Of a DNA stretch of 17,367 nucleotides, positions 16,525 through 17,367 are shown one piece after another; the first letter of the stretch is position 1, and each line of letters opens with the position of its first letter. Both the position numbers and the translations under genes were made by a program. Under the pieces are notes generated by a model. The model ran no database searches, was not told the origin of the DNA, and was given only the letters and a program-made list of their open reading frames with translations. The stretch is from an uncultured Thermoplasmatales archaeon (GTDB lineage Archaea > Thermoplasmatota > E2 > DHVEG-1): the NCBI GenBank assembly GCA_964646685.1, contig CAZYFW010000016.1, positions 1-17,367 on the forward strand, read 5' to 3'.

Positions 16525-17220
16525 ATGGAAGAAAAAGATCATTTCAGAGCGCCTGTTGCTGATACATTCAGAAGAAAATCACCATTTGACCAATTACTTG
16601 AACACATGGGGAAAGTCAGAGAATGTATCGATATTTTAGGAAGCGGGTTGGTTGATTATTATAAAGGAAATTACAAAAATTTTTCAGATTTGGCTAAGAA
16701 AGTATCTGAAATTGAACATGAAGCAGATCTTATTAAAAGTAATCTTAGAAACCATCTTCCAAATTCACTTTTTATGCCTGTTGATAAGGGAAAATTTATG
16801 TGGGCTCTCAGAGAACAAGATGCAATTCTTGATCATGCAGAAAATCTTGCAACAATGCTTGATATGAGGCATACAAAAATTCCAAAAGAACTACAGAAAG
16901 TTTTCATTGAACATTGTAAACTAGTTATGAAGACAGTAAAGGCCATGGAGGATGCAGTTGAAAACATTAGAGATTTAGTTGAAACAAGTTTTGTAAAACG
17001 AGAACGAGAACAAACAAAGCAGTTTATCTATAAAGTTCATGAGTTCGAATGGAAAGCAGATAAAGCGAAATATGAAGCGACTAAAGGAATCTATAAATTT
17101 GAAAAGAAGCTAGATCCAATGGACGTATATCATCTCCTTAAGATTGCAGATTGGGTTGATGACATCGCAGATCATGCAGAAAATGTGGCCGATTGGCTTA
17201 GAGCCATGATTGCAAAATAG
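16525..17220 (+). CDS. DUF47 / PhoU-like Pit accessory protein, copy 2 (identical to copy 1 after the first few codons)
   Basis: Same protein as 13393..14091 from EKDHF onward. GGAGGT at 16511..16516 lies 8 nt before ATG 16525; the ORF track opens at ATG 16519, only 2 nt after the SD. Confidence 0.85.
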   Translation: MEEKDHFRAPVADTFRRKSPFDQLLEHMGKVRECIDILGSGLVDYYKGNYKNFSDLAKKVSEIEHEADLIKSNLRNHLPNSLFMPVDKGKFMWALREQDAILDHAENLATMLDMRHTKIPKELQKVFIEHCKLVMKTVKAMEDAVENIRDLVETSFVKREREQTKQFIYKVHEFEWKADKAKYEATKGIYKFEKKLDPMDVYHLLKIADWVDDIADHAENVADWLRAMIAK

Positions 17221-17367
17221 TTATTATTTATTATCCGTGCCAACTAAATGATTGATAACATTTTCTGATATGTCCGCAGAATATTCTCCTATTCTTCTTA
17301 TACTCTCTACGACATAACCTAGTGAAATCACAAATTCACCTTTTTGTTTAAAGGCAAGCTTATTTAT
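16529..17367 (+). repeat. copy 2 of the perfect direct repeat (truncated by the window end)
   Basis: See copy 1. Identity runs to the last base of the window, so the true length is unknown. Confidence 0.9.
17224..17367 (-). CDS. phoU: 3' end (last 47 codons + stop) of a second AbrB-PhoU-type regulator gene, partial at window edge
   Basis: 17224..17367 is base-for-base identical to 14095..14238, the 3' end of the phoU-like gene. It would encode ...FKQKGEFVISLGYVVESIRRIGEYSADISENVINHLVGTDNK. Confidence 0.7.
   Translation of the reverse strand: MNKLAFKQKGEFVISLGYVVESIRRIGEYSADISENVINHLVGTDNK

Noticed and set aside
1-17367. CRISPR arrays, IS elements, toxin-antitoxin or defence-system genes
   Set aside because: No short regularly spaced repeats, no transposase or integrase-like ORFs, and no terminal inverted repeats were seen. 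The only large repeat is the PiT-locus duplication.

Overview
AT-rich (about one-third G+C by eye) contiguous segment that looks archaeal. Markers are a nascent-polypeptide-associated-complex (NAC) gene, an AbrB-PhoU regulator, tRNA-Gln genes with an A1-U72 first pair, oligo-T terminators and TATA-like intergenic tracts. I call 16 protein-coding genes and 4 tRNA or tRNA-like genes. Left part: a small membrane protein, a metallophosphoesterase, the NAD(P)HX repair enzyme Nnr and NAC. Next, all on the + strand, is an extracytoplasmic block: a membrane-anchored PKD + double winged-helix regulator, a secreted beta-rich protein, and a serpin broken by one in-frame TAA. A CDF metal exporter converges on the serpin. 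A 2.2-kb minus-strand 'glutamine decoding' block follows: tRNA-Gln(CUG), a bacterial-type GlnRS, an aberrant Gln-like tRNA, tRNA-Gln(UUG) and tRNA-Glu(UUC). Then come a CinA/PncC-type amidohydrolase and a second metallophosphoesterase. The right 5 kb holds two phosphate-uptake modules (PiT permease + DUF47/PhoU-like partner + convergent AbrB-PhoU). Their permeases are clearly diverged, yet the DUF47 genes and the start of the downstream region are 100% identical over at least 839 bp, up to the window edge. Main items for follow-up: (1) a GlnRS with co-located G73 tRNA-Gln genes in an archaeal context; (2) a Gln-type tRNA with a 6-nt anticodon loop; (3) the mosaic perfect repeat in the Pi-transport locus; (4) the single-nonsense serpin; (5) the membrane-tethered PKD-wHTH regulator. 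No CRISPR array, transposase or integrase was seen.
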